Positions 7,651 through 18,339 are shown, numbered from the stretch's first letter. The stretch: 64,000 nt of DNA from Eubacteriales bacterium (GCA_045661245.1 JAZRFH010000036.1:8928-72927), one strand, 5' to 3'. Program-made: numbers and translations. Notes: generated from the sequence alone by a model not told the origin.

Positions 7651-8139
7651 ATGTTTATATATTCGATAAGGGCATCGACGCTTAAGATAATCGCGCTCGT
7701 TTGCGTGTGCCTTACCGTGCTTTTTACAATTTCCGCGCTTGACAGGGGCACGACGGTATACGCATCTGTCGGCGGCAGGACGGTAAACTACGGCGGAATT
7801 AAAACCGAAGAGGACAGAATAAAATTTATTGAAGGCTTTGGGCTTAAGGTAGCGGCAGAGCCGACAGAGGTAGAGGAATTTGCTATGCCGCGCGACCTTG
7901 ACAGAGTTTTGCTCGGATATAACGAATTACAAAAATCGCAGGGCCTTGATATTTCAAAATACACACGCAAGCGCGTGACCCACTACGCCTACGAGGTAAC
8001 GAACTACGACTGTGAGGGCAAGGTCTACGTAAACCTACTTATGTACCGCGACAGAATTATAGCCTGCGATATATCCAGCGGCGACCCCGAGGGCTTCGTT
8101 TTGCCCTTATCAAGGCTTGACGCGGAAAAATTAAAATAG
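7651..8139 (+). CDS. DUF4830-like protein with an N-terminal membrane anchor
   Basis: Start at ATG 7651 behind GGAGGGG. The ...EVEEFAMPRDLDRVLLGYNELQKSQGLDISKY... pattern is recalled from clostridial DUF4830 proteins. Confidence 0.6.
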   Translation: MFIYSIRASTLKIIALVCVCLTVLFTISALDRGTTVYASVGGRTVNYGGIKTEEDRIKFIEGFGLKVAAEPTEVEEFAMPRDLDRVLLGYNELQKSQGLDISKYTRKRVTHYAYEVTNYDCEGKVYVNLLMYRDRIIACDISSGDPEGFVLPLSRLDAEKLK

Positions 8140-8217
8140 CAGTAACACAAATCAGGGTTATTCATACTATGTAAATAGGCGGCTACGGTCGCAGAAAATC
8201 TTCTTAGGAGAACACAT

Positions 8218-8316
8218 ATGAATAACAACTGCTTCTGCCATCTTTTCGACGATAACTGCACTTGGATTATAATCCTTGCTATTATAGTTGTTCTTTGCTG
8301 CTGCTGCAATAACTGA
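8218..8316 (+). CDS. Tiny Cys-rich hydrophobic peptide, 32 aa (MNNNCFCHLFDDNCTWIIILAIIVVLCCCCNN)
   Basis: Not in the ORF track because it is under 60 aa. An AGGAG ribosome-binding site lies 7 nt upstream of ATG 8218, and an intrinsic terminator follows. Confidence 0.5.
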   Translation: MNNNCFCHLFDDNCTWIIILAIIVVLCCCCNN

Positions 8317-8330
8317 TAAGCACAAAAATG

Positions 8331-8375
8331 CCCCTGTAGTAGAATTAAGCCTCTATTACAGGGGTTTTATTATTT
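8331..8375. terminator. Bidirectional intrinsic terminator between the tiny ORF and topB
   Basis: CCCCTGTAGTAG ... CTATTACAGGGG stem, flanked by an A-run and a T-run. Confidence 0.7.
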
Positions 8376-10485
8376 ATCCAAAGTCGAATCCAACCTCGCC
8401 GTCCTTAAGGACAAGCTTAGCCTCGAAAAATTTACCCTTTTTGGAGATAAATCTGTTAAGCTTTGCAGTTTCACCCGTGGCAAGCAGCCTTCTTACCTCG
8501 GATATGGGAATATCGCGCTTGCAGATATTTATGCCCATTTTGAATTTACAGCCGTCGTTATATCCCATACAGCCGTAATTGAATTTACCTCTTACTATAT
8601 TGCGGCCGCAAACGGGACAGGCGCCGACTATCTCACCATACTTGCCCGTGTCGACTAAAGGCATCTCTGGGTTATTCGCCTTATTGTTAAAGATTGCGGC
8701 AATCTCGCCCTCTGCAAGCTTCACTGCACTGTCAATCGACATCTGCCCGTGATATACCTTTTTGAGCGCCTTGCCAAGCTCGCTCGTTTTGTATTTATCC
8801 ATCACGATACCGAGCCTTGCTATAGTTTCAATAAGGTATTCGCCGCCGTCAAGAATGGTGTAAACGTCCTTTTTAAGGTCTATATATCCGCTCTTTTTTG
8901 CGTTGTCTATAATACCCGTTCTCGTTGCCTCGGTGCCAAGCTCAAGACCCTCAAATATCGCCTTGTAATCCTCGGCGTCGTCAACCTCGCCCTGCTCCTC
9001 AAGCTCCTTGGCCTTTGCCTTATCGTCCTTGAAGGGATTTTTTAGATATTTATTTAAGGTTTCAATGGTGTAGTGCTTGGGGGGCGTAGTTTCCTTCTCT
9101 TGGGGCTTAAAGTTAACGTTTACACGCTCACCAACCTCAAGGCGCGGCAAAACCTTATCCTTTACTGTATAATCGTCGTACTTCGTCCAGCCGGGCTCTC
9201 TTATAACAGTGCCCTTAAGCGTAAACTCCTCAAAGTCACCGACCTTTATCCTTATCTCGCTCTTGTCAGCCTTACATTCCTCACTGCAGAAAACAGCGAC
9301 AAAGCGGCGGAATACGGTTGAGTAAACCTGGTTCTCCTTCTCGGAAAGCTTATCCTTCGGCGGAATTTTATAGGTGGGCGTGAGAGCCGAGTGTGACTCA
9401 ATCTTAGAGTCGTCGAAAATATACTTAGAGTCCTTGAATCTTACGGGATAGCCGAGCTTTGACACGTTTGCAATAATCGCGCGCATCTTATCCTTTTCAG
9501 CCGTTGCAAGATACTCGGAGTTTGTTCTCGGGTAGGTAAGATAACCCTCCTCGTAGAGCTTTTGAATTATCTTCAAGCTCTCAGCCATACTCATTTTATA
9601 CTTTTTACCGAGCACGTTCTGAAGAGTGGAGAGCGAATACAGCTTACCCGGCAGAATTACGTCCTCACGGCTGTTAACGTAGGTCACTACAGCGCCCGCA
9701 CCGTTGTAGGCAAGGGCGGTTTGCTTTGCCTTGTCCTCCTCGTCCTTTGTAAACCTTTCTTTACTTACAAGCTCAACCTTTTCACCGTGTGTGACAGCAG
9801 AGCTTGCGAGTGAGAAATATTTCTCGGGCACGAAGTTGCGTATTTCCATATCCCTGTCGTAAATAGCCTTAACTATGGGCACTATTACTCTGCCCACGCG
9901 CAAGAGCTTATCCGACTTAATAGTAGCATACCGTGTTAAATTAACGCCATATAACCAGTCAATGTACGTGCGTGCAAGACCCTCTGATGCGAGGTTATCG
10001 TACTCACTCTCGTCCTTCATTTCAGAGAGTGCGCGGCGCACGGTTTCGGGCGTCTGGTCGGGCAGCCAGAGTCTTAGCTGCCTTTTGCTTGCGGTAAGTG
10101 CGTTTTCAACGCAAAGCCTTACTATAATTTCACCCTCTCTGTCAGCATCACCCGCGTTTACCACGGTATCAACGTCAGAGCGGTTACAAAGGCGCTTGAT
10201 TATCTCAAACTGGCGCTTAACACCCGAGTCGGTAGCCTTCTTGTCTGCACTGCGCTTAAGCTCAAAACGGAATTTCTCGGGAAAGCAGGGTAAGTTATCA
10301 AGCGTCCACTTACCGCCCGAGGAGCTGCCGTATGCCTCAATATCCACGAGGGAAAAGAGGTGACCGAACGCCCAGGTTACTATATATTCGGAGTTTTCAA
10401 AAAAACCGTCTTTTTTATCCATCTTACCGATGCCTGCGACTATGTTGCGTGCAAGGCTCGGCTTTTCAGCAATAATAAGAACCAT
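8374..10485 (-). CDS. topB: DNA topoisomerase III
   Basis: 703 aa. Toprim N-terminus MVLIIAEKPS, EGYLTYPRT active-site Tyr region, C-terminal CPVCG...C zinc ribbon. Confidence 0.9.
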   Translation of the reverse strand: MVLIIAEKPSLARNIVAGIGKMDKKDGFFENSEYIVTWAFGHLFSLVDIEAYGSSSGGKWTLDNLPCFPEKFRFELKRSADKKATDSGVKRQFEIIKRLCNRSDVDTVVNAGDADREGEIIVRLCVENALTASKRQLRLWLPDQTPETVRRALSEMKDESEYDNLASEGLARTYIDWLYGVNLTRYATIKSDKLLRVGRVIVPIVKAIYDRDMEIRNFVPEKYFSLASSAVTHGEKVELVSKERFTKDEEDKAKQTALAYNGAGAVVTYVNSREDVILPGKLYSLSTLQNVLGKKYKMSMAESLKIIQKLYEEGYLTYPRTNSEYLATAEKDKMRAIIANVSKLGYPVRFKDSKYIFDDSKIESHSALTPTYKIPPKDKLSEKENQVYSTVFRRFVAVFCSEECKADKSEIRIKVGDFEEFTLKGTVIREPGWTKYDDYTVKDKVLPRLEVGERVNVNFKPQEKETTPPKHYTIETLNKYLKNPFKDDKAKAKELEEQGEVDDAEDYKAIFEGLELGTEATRTGIIDNAKKSGYIDLKKDVYTILDGGEYLIETIARLGIVMDKYKTSELGKALKKVYHGQMSIDSAVKLAEGEIAAIFNNKANNPEMPLVDTGKYGEIVGACPVCGRNIVRGKFNYGCMGYNDGCKFKMGINICKRDIPISEVRRLLATGETAKLNRFISKKGKFFEAKLVLKDGEVGFDFG

Positions 10486-10684
10486 CCTTCTGTCCCTTCA
10501 AATCAATCTGCCCTATATTCTAGCACATTTCTTTTGCCTTTTCCATAGGTTTTGCAAATTTTTTATTTTTCCTCTTTTGCCTCTTGAAATTTTTGGGGTT
10601 TTGAAATACCCTCTTTACTTTTATTTAATTTTATGATAAAATTAAGCTGACAACACGCGCACTCTGTGCAGAATGGAGAATTTT

Positions 10685-11269
10685 ATGGCAAAGCTCTATT
10701 TCAGATACGGTGCTATGGGCTCTTCTAAAACCGCCCAGGCTCTGATTACCAAGTTCAACTACGAGGAAAGAGGCATGCGAGTATGGCTCATAAAGCCTGC
10801 TACCGACGTGCGTGACGGTGAGATTATCCTGCGCTCGCGCATCGGTCTTACGGCAGAATGCACACCCGTAGACTGCGAGCTTGACGTCTTTGAGGAATTT
10901 ATGGACAAGCACGCTGACTGTGACGTTGTAATTGCCGACGAATGTCAGTTTTTTACCGAGGAGCAGATTGACCAGATGCGCCGCCTTGTTGACGAGCGCG
11001 GTATACCCGTACTCTGCTACGGCTTGCGTACAGACTTTTTGACGAAGATGTTCCCCGGCAGTGCACGGCTCTTTGAGGTTGCAGACTCAATAACCGAAAT
11101 AAAGACGATTTGCGAATGCGGCAAAAAGGCGATAGTCAACGCGAGAATCGACACACTCGGCAACGTTGTAACCGAGGGCTCGCAGATAATGCTCGGCGGT
11201 AACGACAGCTATATTGCAATGTGCCACCGTTGCTACAAGAAAAAAATAAAATCACAATCAAGCATATAA
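10685..11269 (+). CDS. tdk: Thymidine kinase
   Basis: GAMGSSKT P-loop; C-terminal CECG...CHRC zinc motif. ATG 10685 lies 5 nt after GGAGA; an upstream ATG at 10673 is also possible. Confidence 0.9.
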   Translation: MAKLYFRYGAMGSSKTAQALITKFNYEERGMRVWLIKPATDVRDGEIILRSRIGLTAECTPVDCELDVFEEFMDKHADCDVVIADECQFFTEEQIDQMRRLVDERGIPVLCYGLRTDFLTKMFPGSARLFEVADSITEIKTICECGKKAIVNARIDTLGNVVTEGSQIMLGGNDSYIAMCHRCYKKKIKSQSSI

Positions 11270-11286
11270 GAAAAGAGGACTGAAAA

Positions 11287-11952
11287 ATGGATATTAAGGA
11301 AATACTTACTAAATGCGACCACACCCTGCTTGACAGATGCGCTAAGTGGGACGATATTAAGGTTATACTTGACGACGGTATTAAGTACGGCACGGCAAGC
11401 GCGTGCATACCTGCGTGCTACGTTAAGGACGCAAAGGAATACGTTGGCGACAAGCTTAAGATTTGTACAGTTATAGGATTCCCTAACGGATACAGCACTG
11501 CGGGCGCTAAGGCCTTTGAGGCGCGCGAGGCTATAGAGAACGGCGCTGACGAGATTGACACGGTTATCAACACCTGCCATCTTAAGGACGGCAAATACGA
11601 GCTTATCCTTGACGAGCTTAAGGCTCTCAGAGAGGCGTGCGGCGACAAGATACTCAAGGTTATTATTGAAACCTGCTTACTTACCGACGAGGAAAAAATT
11701 AAGATGTGCGAGGTTGTAACAAAAAGCGGTGCTGACTTTATCAAGACCTCGACAGGCTTCTCTACCGCGGGCGCAACACCCCACGACGTAGCGCTCTTTG
11801 CCGAGCATATCGGAGAGGGCGTCGAGATTAAGGCCGCGGGCGGTATTTCCTCTATTGCCGACGCAGAGGAATTTGTAAGACTTGGAGCTACCCGCCTTGG
11901 CACCAGCCGCATTGTAAAGATAGTTAAAAACGAGCAGGGCCACGGCTATTAA
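11287..11952 (+). CDS. deoC: Deoxyribose-phosphate aldolase
   Basis: [14 protein letters not shown] and FIKTSTGF motifs. Confidence 0.9.
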   Translation: MDIKEILTKCDHTLLDRCAKWDDIKVILDDGIKYGTASACIPACYVKDAKEYVGDKLKICTVIGFPNGYSTAGAKAFEAREAIENGADEIDTVINTCHLKDGKYELILDELKALREACGDKILKVIIETCLLTDEEKIKMCEVVTKSGADFIKTSTGFSTAGATPHDVALFAEHIGEGVEIKAAGGISSIADAEEFVRLGATRLGTSRIVKIVKNEQGHGY

Positions 11953-11996
11953 GCCACCCGTGTCGCAAAAACAGGATTTTTGAAAGGAATACAGAT

Positions 11997-12716
11997 ATGA
12001 ACGCTTACCCCACCCCACATATAAACGCAACCCCCGCAGATTTTGCAAAAACCGTGCTTATGCCCGCCGACCCCCTGCGCTCAAAGTTTATAGCAGAGAA
12101 CTTTCTTGAGGGCGCAAAGCTTGTCAACAACGTGCGCGGAATACACGGCTACACGGGCACGTACCGCGGTGAGCGCGTTTCGGTAATGGCAAGCGGTATG
12201 GGTATGCCCTCGATAGGCATTTACTCGTACGAGCTTTACAATTTCTTCGGTGTTGAGAATATTATGAGAATAGGCTCTGCAGGCGGTATCAGCGAGAAGG
12301 TTAAGATGCGCGACATTGTTATAGGTATGGGAGCTTGCACCACGTCAAGCTATGCCGTACAGTTCGGCCTTGAGGGCACTTATGCACCGATTGCAAGCTA
12401 CAAAATGCTTAAAACTGCCGTTGAAGAGTGTGAAAAGCTCGGAGCAAGCTTTGCTGTAGGCAATCTTCTCTCCTCCGACATATTCTATAACGCAAATCCC
12501 GACGCACGCGAGAAATGGACGCGTATGGGCGTTCTCGCCGTTGAGATGGAGGCGGCGGCGCTTTATATGAACGCGGCATACGCAGGCAAAAATGCGCTTG
12601 CTATCTGCACGGTTTCCGACCATCTTCTGACGGGCGAGGCGACAACCTCTCTTGAGAGGCAGAACTCATTTACCGAAATGATGGAGGTAGCGCTTAACAC
12701 CGCTATCAGACTTTAA
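11997..12716 (+). CDS. deoD: Purine-nucleoside phosphorylase, DeoD type
   Basis: TPHI...VLMPADPLR...SVMASGMGMPS...VEMEAAALY. Confidence 0.9.
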   Translation: MNAYPTPHINATPADFAKTVLMPADPLRSKFIAENFLEGAKLVNNVRGIHGYTGTYRGERVSVMASGMGMPSIGIYSYELYNFFGVENIMRIGSAGGISEKVKMRDIVIGMGACTTSSYAVQFGLEGTYAPIASYKMLKTAVEECEKLGASFAVGNLLSSDIFYNANPDAREKWTRMGVLAVEMEAAALYMNAAYAGKNALAICTVSDHLLTGEATTSLERQNSFTEMMEVALNTAIRL

Positions 12717-12734
12717 TTTGAAGGATTTTACTTT

Positions 12735-13910
12735 ATGAAAAACAGGATAAAGCGCGTATTCGTTATCGTGCTTGACTCTCTCGGTATAGGCTACGAGCCC
12801 GATGCCGATTTGTTCGGTGACGTTGGCGCAAATACGCTAAAAAGCATATCCGTGTCGCAAAAATTCGCCATTCCGAATTTGCTTTCGCTTGGAATTGGCA
12901 ATATAGACGGCGTGGATTATCTCGAAAGGAATCCCGCACCCAGTGCGGCGCACATAAGACTGCGCGAGCTTAGCATGGGCAAGGACACGACAGTTGGCCA
13001 CTGGGAGCTTATGGGTCTTGTTTCCGCTAAGCCACTACCCACATACCCAAACGGTTTTCCGAAAAGAATTATTGACGAGTTTGAAGAAAAAACAGGCAGA
13101 GGCGTGCTTTGCAACAAGCCCTACTCGGGAACAGACGTTATACGCGACTTTGGCGAAGAGCATCTTAAGACGGGTAAGCTTATCGTTTACACCTCGGCAG
13201 ACTCGGTTTTCCAGATAGCGGCACACGAGGACGCGGTACCCGTAGAGGAGCTTTACCGCTACTGCAAGATAGCGAGAGATATGCTTGTGGGCGAGGACGG
13301 TGTAGGCAGAGTTATTGCGCGCCCGTTCCATACCGACACGGACGGCAGCTACAAGCGCAGTGACAAGCGGCACGACTACTCGCTTTTGCCCCCGAGAGCA
13401 ACCGCTATGCGTGCAATCTCCGAGTGCGGCCTTGACGTATTTGGAATAGGAAAGATTAACGATATTTTTGCATCTGACGGAGTTACCGACAGCGTTTATA
13501 CTAAGGGTAACGCTGATGGAATTGACAGGACCCTCGATGCTATGGCACGCGATTTTAACGGTTTGTGCTTCACTAATCTCGTTGACTTTGATATGGTTTA
13601 CGGGCACAGACAGGACGTTGACGGATATGCCGCGGCACTCTCATACTTTGACAGCCGCCTGCCCGAGATAATCGGTGCTATGAAAAAGGGCGATATGCTT
13701 ATAATAACCGCAGACCACGGCTGTGACCCTGCCGACCTGAGTACAGACCATACGAGAGAATATATACCTGCGCTTATATACGGAGAAGGCATTTGCCCCA
13801 AAAACCTCGGTACTATAGAGGGCTTTGGCACTGTAGGCCAGCTTGTATGCGATGCGCTTGGCGTGGATTTTGCCGCAGAGGGCGCAGAGAAAATAATTGA
13901 TTTAATTTAA
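12735..13910 (+). CDS. deoB: Phosphopentomutase
   Basis: VIVLDSLGIG, TTVGHWE and ITADHGCDP motifs. Confidence 0.9.
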   Translation: MKNRIKRVFVIVLDSLGIGYEPDADLFGDVGANTLKSISVSQKFAIPNLLSLGIGNIDGVDYLERNPAPSAAHIRLRELSMGKDTTVGHWELMGLVSAKPLPTYPNGFPKRIIDEFEEKTGRGVLCNKPYSGTDVIRDFGEEHLKTGKLIVYTSADSVFQIAAHEDAVPVEELYRYCKIARDMLVGEDGVGRVIARPFHTDTDGSYKRSDKRHDYSLLPPRATAMRAISECGLDVFGIGKINDIFASDGVTDSVYTKGNADGIDRTLDAMARDFNGLCFTNLVDFDMVYGHRQDVDGYAAALSYFDSRLPEIIGAMKKGDMLIITADHGCDPADLSTDHTREYIPALIYGEGICPKNLGTIEGFGTVGQLVCDALGVDFAAEGAEKIIDLI

Positions 13911-13939
13911 GTAAACAACAGTTTACATTTTGGAGCAAT

Positions 13940-14368
13940 ATGGAGAGAACCGAAAAAGAGTTATACAACGAGCTTTTCAAGCTTGCCAATGCGGCGCGTG
14001 CCGCGTCTTACTGCCCTTACTCCGGCTTTTCGGTCGGGGCGGCACTGCTTACAAAGAGTGAAAAAATCTACACGGGTGTGAATATTGAGAACTCGTCCTT
14101 CACCCCCACCGTCTGTGCGGAGAGGGTTGCCTTCTTTAAGGCTGTATCTGACGGGGAACGCGAATTTGCTGCTATAGCAATTGCAGGCGGCAAATTTGGC
14201 TGTGACCCCAACGAAAGCACCCCGCCCTGCGGCGTTTGCAGACAGGTTATGGGTGAGTTCGCGGATTCTGATTTAAAGATTATTCTCTCGGGCGGTGACA
14301 CACCGCTTGTATATACCCTTGGCGAGCTTTTACCTATGGGCTTTGACAAAGCAAGCCTTGGGCAATGA
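13940..14368 (+). CDS. cdd: Cytidine deaminase
   Basis: CAERVA and PCGVCRQ zinc-binding motifs. Confidence 0.9.
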   Translation: MERTEKELYNELFKLANAARAASYCPYSGFSVGAALLTKSEKIYTGVNIENSSFTPTVCAERVAFFKAVSDGEREFAAIAIAGGKFGCDPNESTPPCGVCRQVMGEFADSDLKIILSGGDTPLVYTLGELLPMGFDKASLGQ

Positions 14369-14377
14369 GGTGATGCT

Positions 14378-15682
14378 ATGAAAATGTATGATATAATCAC
14401 GAAAAAGAAGCACGGGCAGGCACTTACGAAAGAGGAGATAGAGTTTTTTGTTACGGGCTACACCGCGGGCGACATTCCCGACTATCAGGCCTCGGCTCTC
14501 ACAATGGCGATATGCCTATGCGGTATGAACGACGAGGAAACCTGTGCTCTTACAATGGCTATGGCACGCTCGGGAGATATGGTTGACTTATCCGAATTTG
14601 GCGAGCTTACGGTTGACAAGCATTCTACTGGCGGTGTAGGTGACAAGACGACGCTTATCGTTGCACCCATCGTTGCCTCTTTAGGTGCAAAGGTTGCAAA
14701 AATGAGCGGCCGCGGTCTAGGTCATACGGGCGGTACTGTTGACAAGCTCGAATCCTTTCCCGGCTATGACGTTGCTCTTTCACCCGCGGCATTCTCCGAG
14801 CAGGTAAGAAGAATAGGAATTGCGGTTATAGGCCAATCGGGCAATCTCGCCCCGGCCGACAAAAAGCTTTACGCCTTGCGTGACGTTACCGCAACGGTTG
14901 ACTCGATACCTCTTATTACCTCAAGCATTATGAGCAAAAAGCTTGCCGCAGGCACCAAATCAATAGTTCTTGACGTAAAATGCGGCTCCGGAGCCTTTAT
15001 GTCAACACCCGAGGACGCAAGGACGCTTGCGGAGAATATGGTTAAAATCGGCCGTGCGTCGGGCAGGCGTGTTTCGGCCTTGATTACGGATATGGATAGA
15101 CCCCTCGGCCACGCAGTAGGCAATATCCTTGAGGTGCTTGAGGCTCTTGAGGTGCTTTCGGGCGGCGGACCCGAGGATTTGAGAGAGGTGTGCTTAGCGC
15201 TTGCTACAGAAATGACAGCACTCTCACTTGATATTCCGCACGAAAAGGCACGCGAGCTTTGCACCGATGCAATAAAGAGCGGTGGGGCGCTTGCCAAATT
15301 CAAGGAGTGGATTGGCACCCAAGGCGGTGACACTAGATATATTGACAATACCGAGCTTTTCCCGAGGGCAAGCTTTGCGCGCGAGGTCAAGGCTAATGCT
15401 GACGGTTATATTACGGGAATGAATACCGAGAGAATAGGCTCTGTTGCTGTGACACTTGGAGCGGGCAGAATTACAAAATCCGATGCGATAGACTACTCGG
15501 CAGGCCTTAAAATTCACAAAAAAACGGGCGATTACGTGACACGGGGTGAGGTTATAGCGACTCTGTACACGAATAAGGAGCTATCTCTTGACACGGCAGA
15601 GGCGGCATATCTTGACGCACTGGAAATAGCCGGTGAAAAACCCAAAAGCAACCCGACAATCTTTGATATAGTGCGTAAATAA
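14378..15682 (+). CDS. pdp: Pyrimidine-nucleoside (thymidine) phosphorylase
   Basis: 434 aa; DKHSTGGVGDK and SGRGLGHTGGT motifs. Confidence 0.9.
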   Translation: MKMYDIITKKKHGQALTKEEIEFFVTGYTAGDIPDYQASALTMAICLCGMNDEETCALTMAMARSGDMVDLSEFGELTVDKHSTGGVGDKTTLIVAPIVASLGAKVAKMSGRGLGHTGGTVDKLESFPGYDVALSPAAFSEQVRRIGIAVIGQSGNLAPADKKLYALRDVTATVDSIPLITSSIMSKKLAAGTKSIVLDVKCGSGAFMSTPEDARTLAENMVKIGRASGRRVSALITDMDRPLGHAVGNILEVLEALEVLSGGGPEDLREVCLALATEMTALSLDIPHEKARELCTDAIKSGGALAKFKEWIGTQGGDTRYIDNTELFPRASFAREVKANADGYITGMNTERIGSVAVTLGAGRITKSDAIDYSAGLKIHKKTGDYVTRGEVIATLYTNKELSLDTAEAAYLDALEIAGEKPKSNPTIFDIVRK

Positions 15683-15696
15683 TATAACTGAAGTTA

Positions 15697-15748
15697 AAAT
15701 CAGCTGACAGAGTTATCTGCAAGGTAGTCTTTATCAGCTGATTTTTTT
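15697..15748 (+). terminator. Intrinsic terminator of the nucleoside salvage operon
   Basis: AATCAGCTGA ... TCAGCTGATT stem followed by a T7 run. Confidence 0.7.
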
Positions 15749-15792
15749 ACTTTCCGTAATATTACGTTAATTTATTAACTTTTTAAATTATA

Positions 15793-15835
15793 TTGATTTT
15801 ATTTCGGGCGTGTGGTAAAATATTTCTTGTATAAT
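15793..15835 (+). promoter_or_regulatory. Candidate atp operon promoter(s)
   Basis: TTGATT (15793), 17 nt, TAAAAT (15816). An alternative extended -10 TGTATAAT lies at 15828-15835. Confidence 0.45.
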
Positions 15836-15855
15836 GTTATTGGAGGGCGGTATTT

Positions 15856-16122
15856 ATGAAAGCATACAGTGCACTTTACGTTATAAATATCGTCTTACAG
15901 TCAATATTCACCCTGCTTTTTCAGGTAGGCGTTTGTACGCTTGTTGCCTGGCTTGCGGTAAGTAAGCTTGACGCACCCGAATGGGTGTATGTCCCTGCGG
16001 TGCTTTTCGGGGTGTTTACGGGAATTTTTACAATGATACGGTTTGTAATAAGCTCTATGCAGGCGCTTGAAAGGCTTGAAAAGCAAAAGGAAGGAGATAA
16101 CGGGCAAGGGCCCGCGAGGTAA
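15856..16122 (+). CDS. AtpZ/AtpI-family small membrane protein
   Basis: 88 aa with 2 hydrophobic helices; first gene of the atp operon. Confidence 0.5.
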   Translation: MKAYSALYVINIVLQSIFTLLFQVGVCTLVAWLAVSKLDAPEWVYVPAVLFGVFTGIFTMIRFVISSMQALERLEKQKEGDNGQGPAR

Positions 16123-16123
16123 T

Positions 16124-16585
16124 ATGGATAAGTCACTTAGAAAAGAAATTTTGTTTCTTGCACTTGGTGAGTGCGCGGTTGCAATTCTCACCGTGCTTGG
16201 CTTTTTAGCCGTGCATTTTATTGCCCGTGACAAAGTGATTTTTGATTACACAGTTGTCACAGGTGCCGCGCTTGGCGCAGTTACGGTAATTATAAATTTT
16301 CTTATACTCTCCCTCTCAACCTCACGCGCGATAAACGCATACGTTGCCGAGATAGGCGACAGGGTGCTGACTGACGAGGAGGCAGAGGAATTTGCAGGGA
16401 CGCATAAGGCAAAGGTGCAGCTTGCCTTCACTCGCTCCTACCTTATAAGAACCGCGACCACTCTTGGCGTGCTTGTGCTTGCCTTTGTTTTGGAGTGGTT
16501 TAACCCGATAGCAACAGCTATACCGCTTTTGATGTACAAGCCCGTGCTTTACGTAATTCAGCTTATTAAGAGAAAAGGGGGGTAA
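16124..16585 (+). CDS. atpI: ATP synthase subunit I
   Basis: ATG 16124 behind GAGGT. Hydrophobic protein positioned just before atpB. Confidence 0.6.
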   Translation: MDKSLRKEILFLALGECAVAILTVLGFLAVHFIARDKVIFDYTVVTGAALGAVTVIINFLILSLSTSRAINAYVAEIGDRVLTDEEAEEFAGTHKAKVQLAFTRSYLIRTATTLGVLVLAFVLEWFNPIATAIPLLMYKPVLYVIQLIKRKGG

Positions 16586-16592
16586 GTGTTAA

Positions 16593-17480
16593 TTGCTTTC
16601 TTTTACCAAAACGGCCCTTCTAGACCTTGACCTTTCGGTAACCGGGCCAAAGATAATTTTAAGAATCAAGGCACTATGGGAAATGCTTACCGGCGGTGCT
16701 GAGGACCCCGACACACTGACGCAAATGATAGGCGGCACGCTTGCAAACCCGATAACTCATACGACCGTTTCGCTTTTCGTTGTCACGCTCATTCTGATTG
16801 TGGGTGCATTTGCCGTAACGCGTAAAATCACAAAGCGCCCCGGGCGAATCCAGGTGCTTGTCGAAAAGCTTGTTACTATGCTATACGGCCTTGTCAGCGA
16901 TACGATGGGCAAGCACAACCTTAAGTTTGCGCCTTATATCGGCACACTTTTTCTCTCGTCAATCGTCGGCACGCTTATCGGAATGACGAAAATCTTCCCG
17001 TCAACCACTGCCGACCTATCCGTAACGCTTGCCTGGTCGCTCGTTACCTCGGCTATGGTATGGTATAACAATATCAAAAACTTCGGCTTTTTCAAATGGC
17101 TTAAGGGCTTTACCGAGCCGATTGTGGTAATGACGCCTATGAACCTTGTCAGCGAGGTGGCACAGCCGATATCTATGGCATTCCGTCACTTCGGAAACGT
17201 AGCGGGCGGCGGAGTTCTGACGTCACTTATTTACGGTGCATTGGCACTTGTATCCCAGCTTTTATTCAGACAGCTGCCGATGGCGGCCCTTGAGGTTATG
17301 CCCCCGATATTCCAGATTGGTATACCGGCTGTACTGTCAATCTACTTCGACCTGTTCTCGGGCTTTGTACAGGCGCGTGTATTCTCGCTTTTAACAATGG
17401 TGTACGTAAGCGCTGCTTGCCCGCCGCCCGAGGAGCTGCCCGAAAAGAAGCGCAGAGTGAAAAGGGCAAAAACAAACTGA
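16593..17480 (+). CDS. atpB: F0F1 ATP synthase subunit a
   Basis: Multi-helix membrane protein containing FRHFGN with the essential Arg. TTG start. Basic C-terminal extension. Confidence 0.85.
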   Translation: MLSFTKTALLDLDLSVTGPKIILRIKALWEMLTGGAEDPDTLTQMIGGTLANPITHTTVSLFVVTLILIVGAFAVTRKITKRPGRIQVLVEKLVTMLYGLVSDTMGKHNLKFAPYIGTLFLSSIVGTLIGMTKIFPSTTADLSVTLAWSLVTSAMVWYNNIKNFGFFKWLKGFTEPIVVMTPMNLVSEVAQPISMAFRHFGNVAGGGVLTSLIYGALALVSQLLFRQLPMAALEVMPPIFQIGIPAVLSIYFDLFSGFVQARVFSLLTMVYVSAACPPPEELPEKKRRVKRAKTN

Positions 17481-17489
17481 AATTATTAA

Positions 17490-17783
<294 letters not shown>

Positions 17784-17825
17784 TAGAGAGGAAAAAATCC
17801 CTAAAACAAACAAAAGGAGAGCCCC

Positions 17826-18338
17826 ATGGAGTGGTTTTTAAATGAATTTGAAACCTTTGTCGGAGTTAATTTCTGGACAATGCTTTTCGCATGGTGCAAC
17901 CTGTTGATACTTTATTTCGTGCTGAGAAAAATCCTCTTCCGCCCTATCAAAAATATGATAGACTCACGCCAGAGTGAGATTGACGGAATGTATTCGGACG
18001 CTGAGGGTGCTAAGGCGGGTGCCGAGGCCTTGAAGGCGGAATACGAGAAAAGGCTTGAGGCGGCACGCGACGAGAGCGAGGAGATACTCAAATCTGCACA
18101 AAGGCGTGCACAGCTGCGCGAGGAAGCTATTATTGCTGATGCAAAGGCAGAGGCAGACAGAGTGCTTGCACGCGCTGACGAGCAGATAGCACTTGAGAAA
18201 AAGCGTATTGCCAACGAGGTTAAGGACGAGGTTTCCAAGATGGCTATAGATATAGCCCGTGCGGTAATTGAGCGCGACGTATCGGAGGACGAGCACCGCG
18301 AGCTTATCGACAGCTTTATAGACGGGGTGGGTAAGTAA
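17826..18338 (+). CDS. atpF: F0F1 ATP synthase subunit b
   Basis: N-terminal transmembrane helix followed by a long charged helix; operon position. Confidence 0.85.
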   Translation: MEWFLNEFETFVGVNFWTMLFAWCNLLILYFVLRKILFRPIKNMIDSRQSEIDGMYSDAEGAKAGAEALKAEYEKRLEAARDESEEILKSAQRRAQLREEAIIADAKAEADRVLARADEQIALEKKRIANEVKDEVSKMAIDIARAVIERDVSEDEHRELIDSFIDGVGK

Positions 18339-18339
18339 T

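Noticed and set aside
8025-8309. 94-aa minus-strand ORF overlapping the tiny Cys-rich peptide gene.
   Set aside because: It has no ribosome-binding site and consists of low-complexity Gln/Arg/Ile-rich sequence. It lies beyond (downstream of) the 8331-8375 terminator hairpin for minus-strand transcription, with no promoter of its own, and overlaps the 3' end of the DUF4830 gene in antisense.
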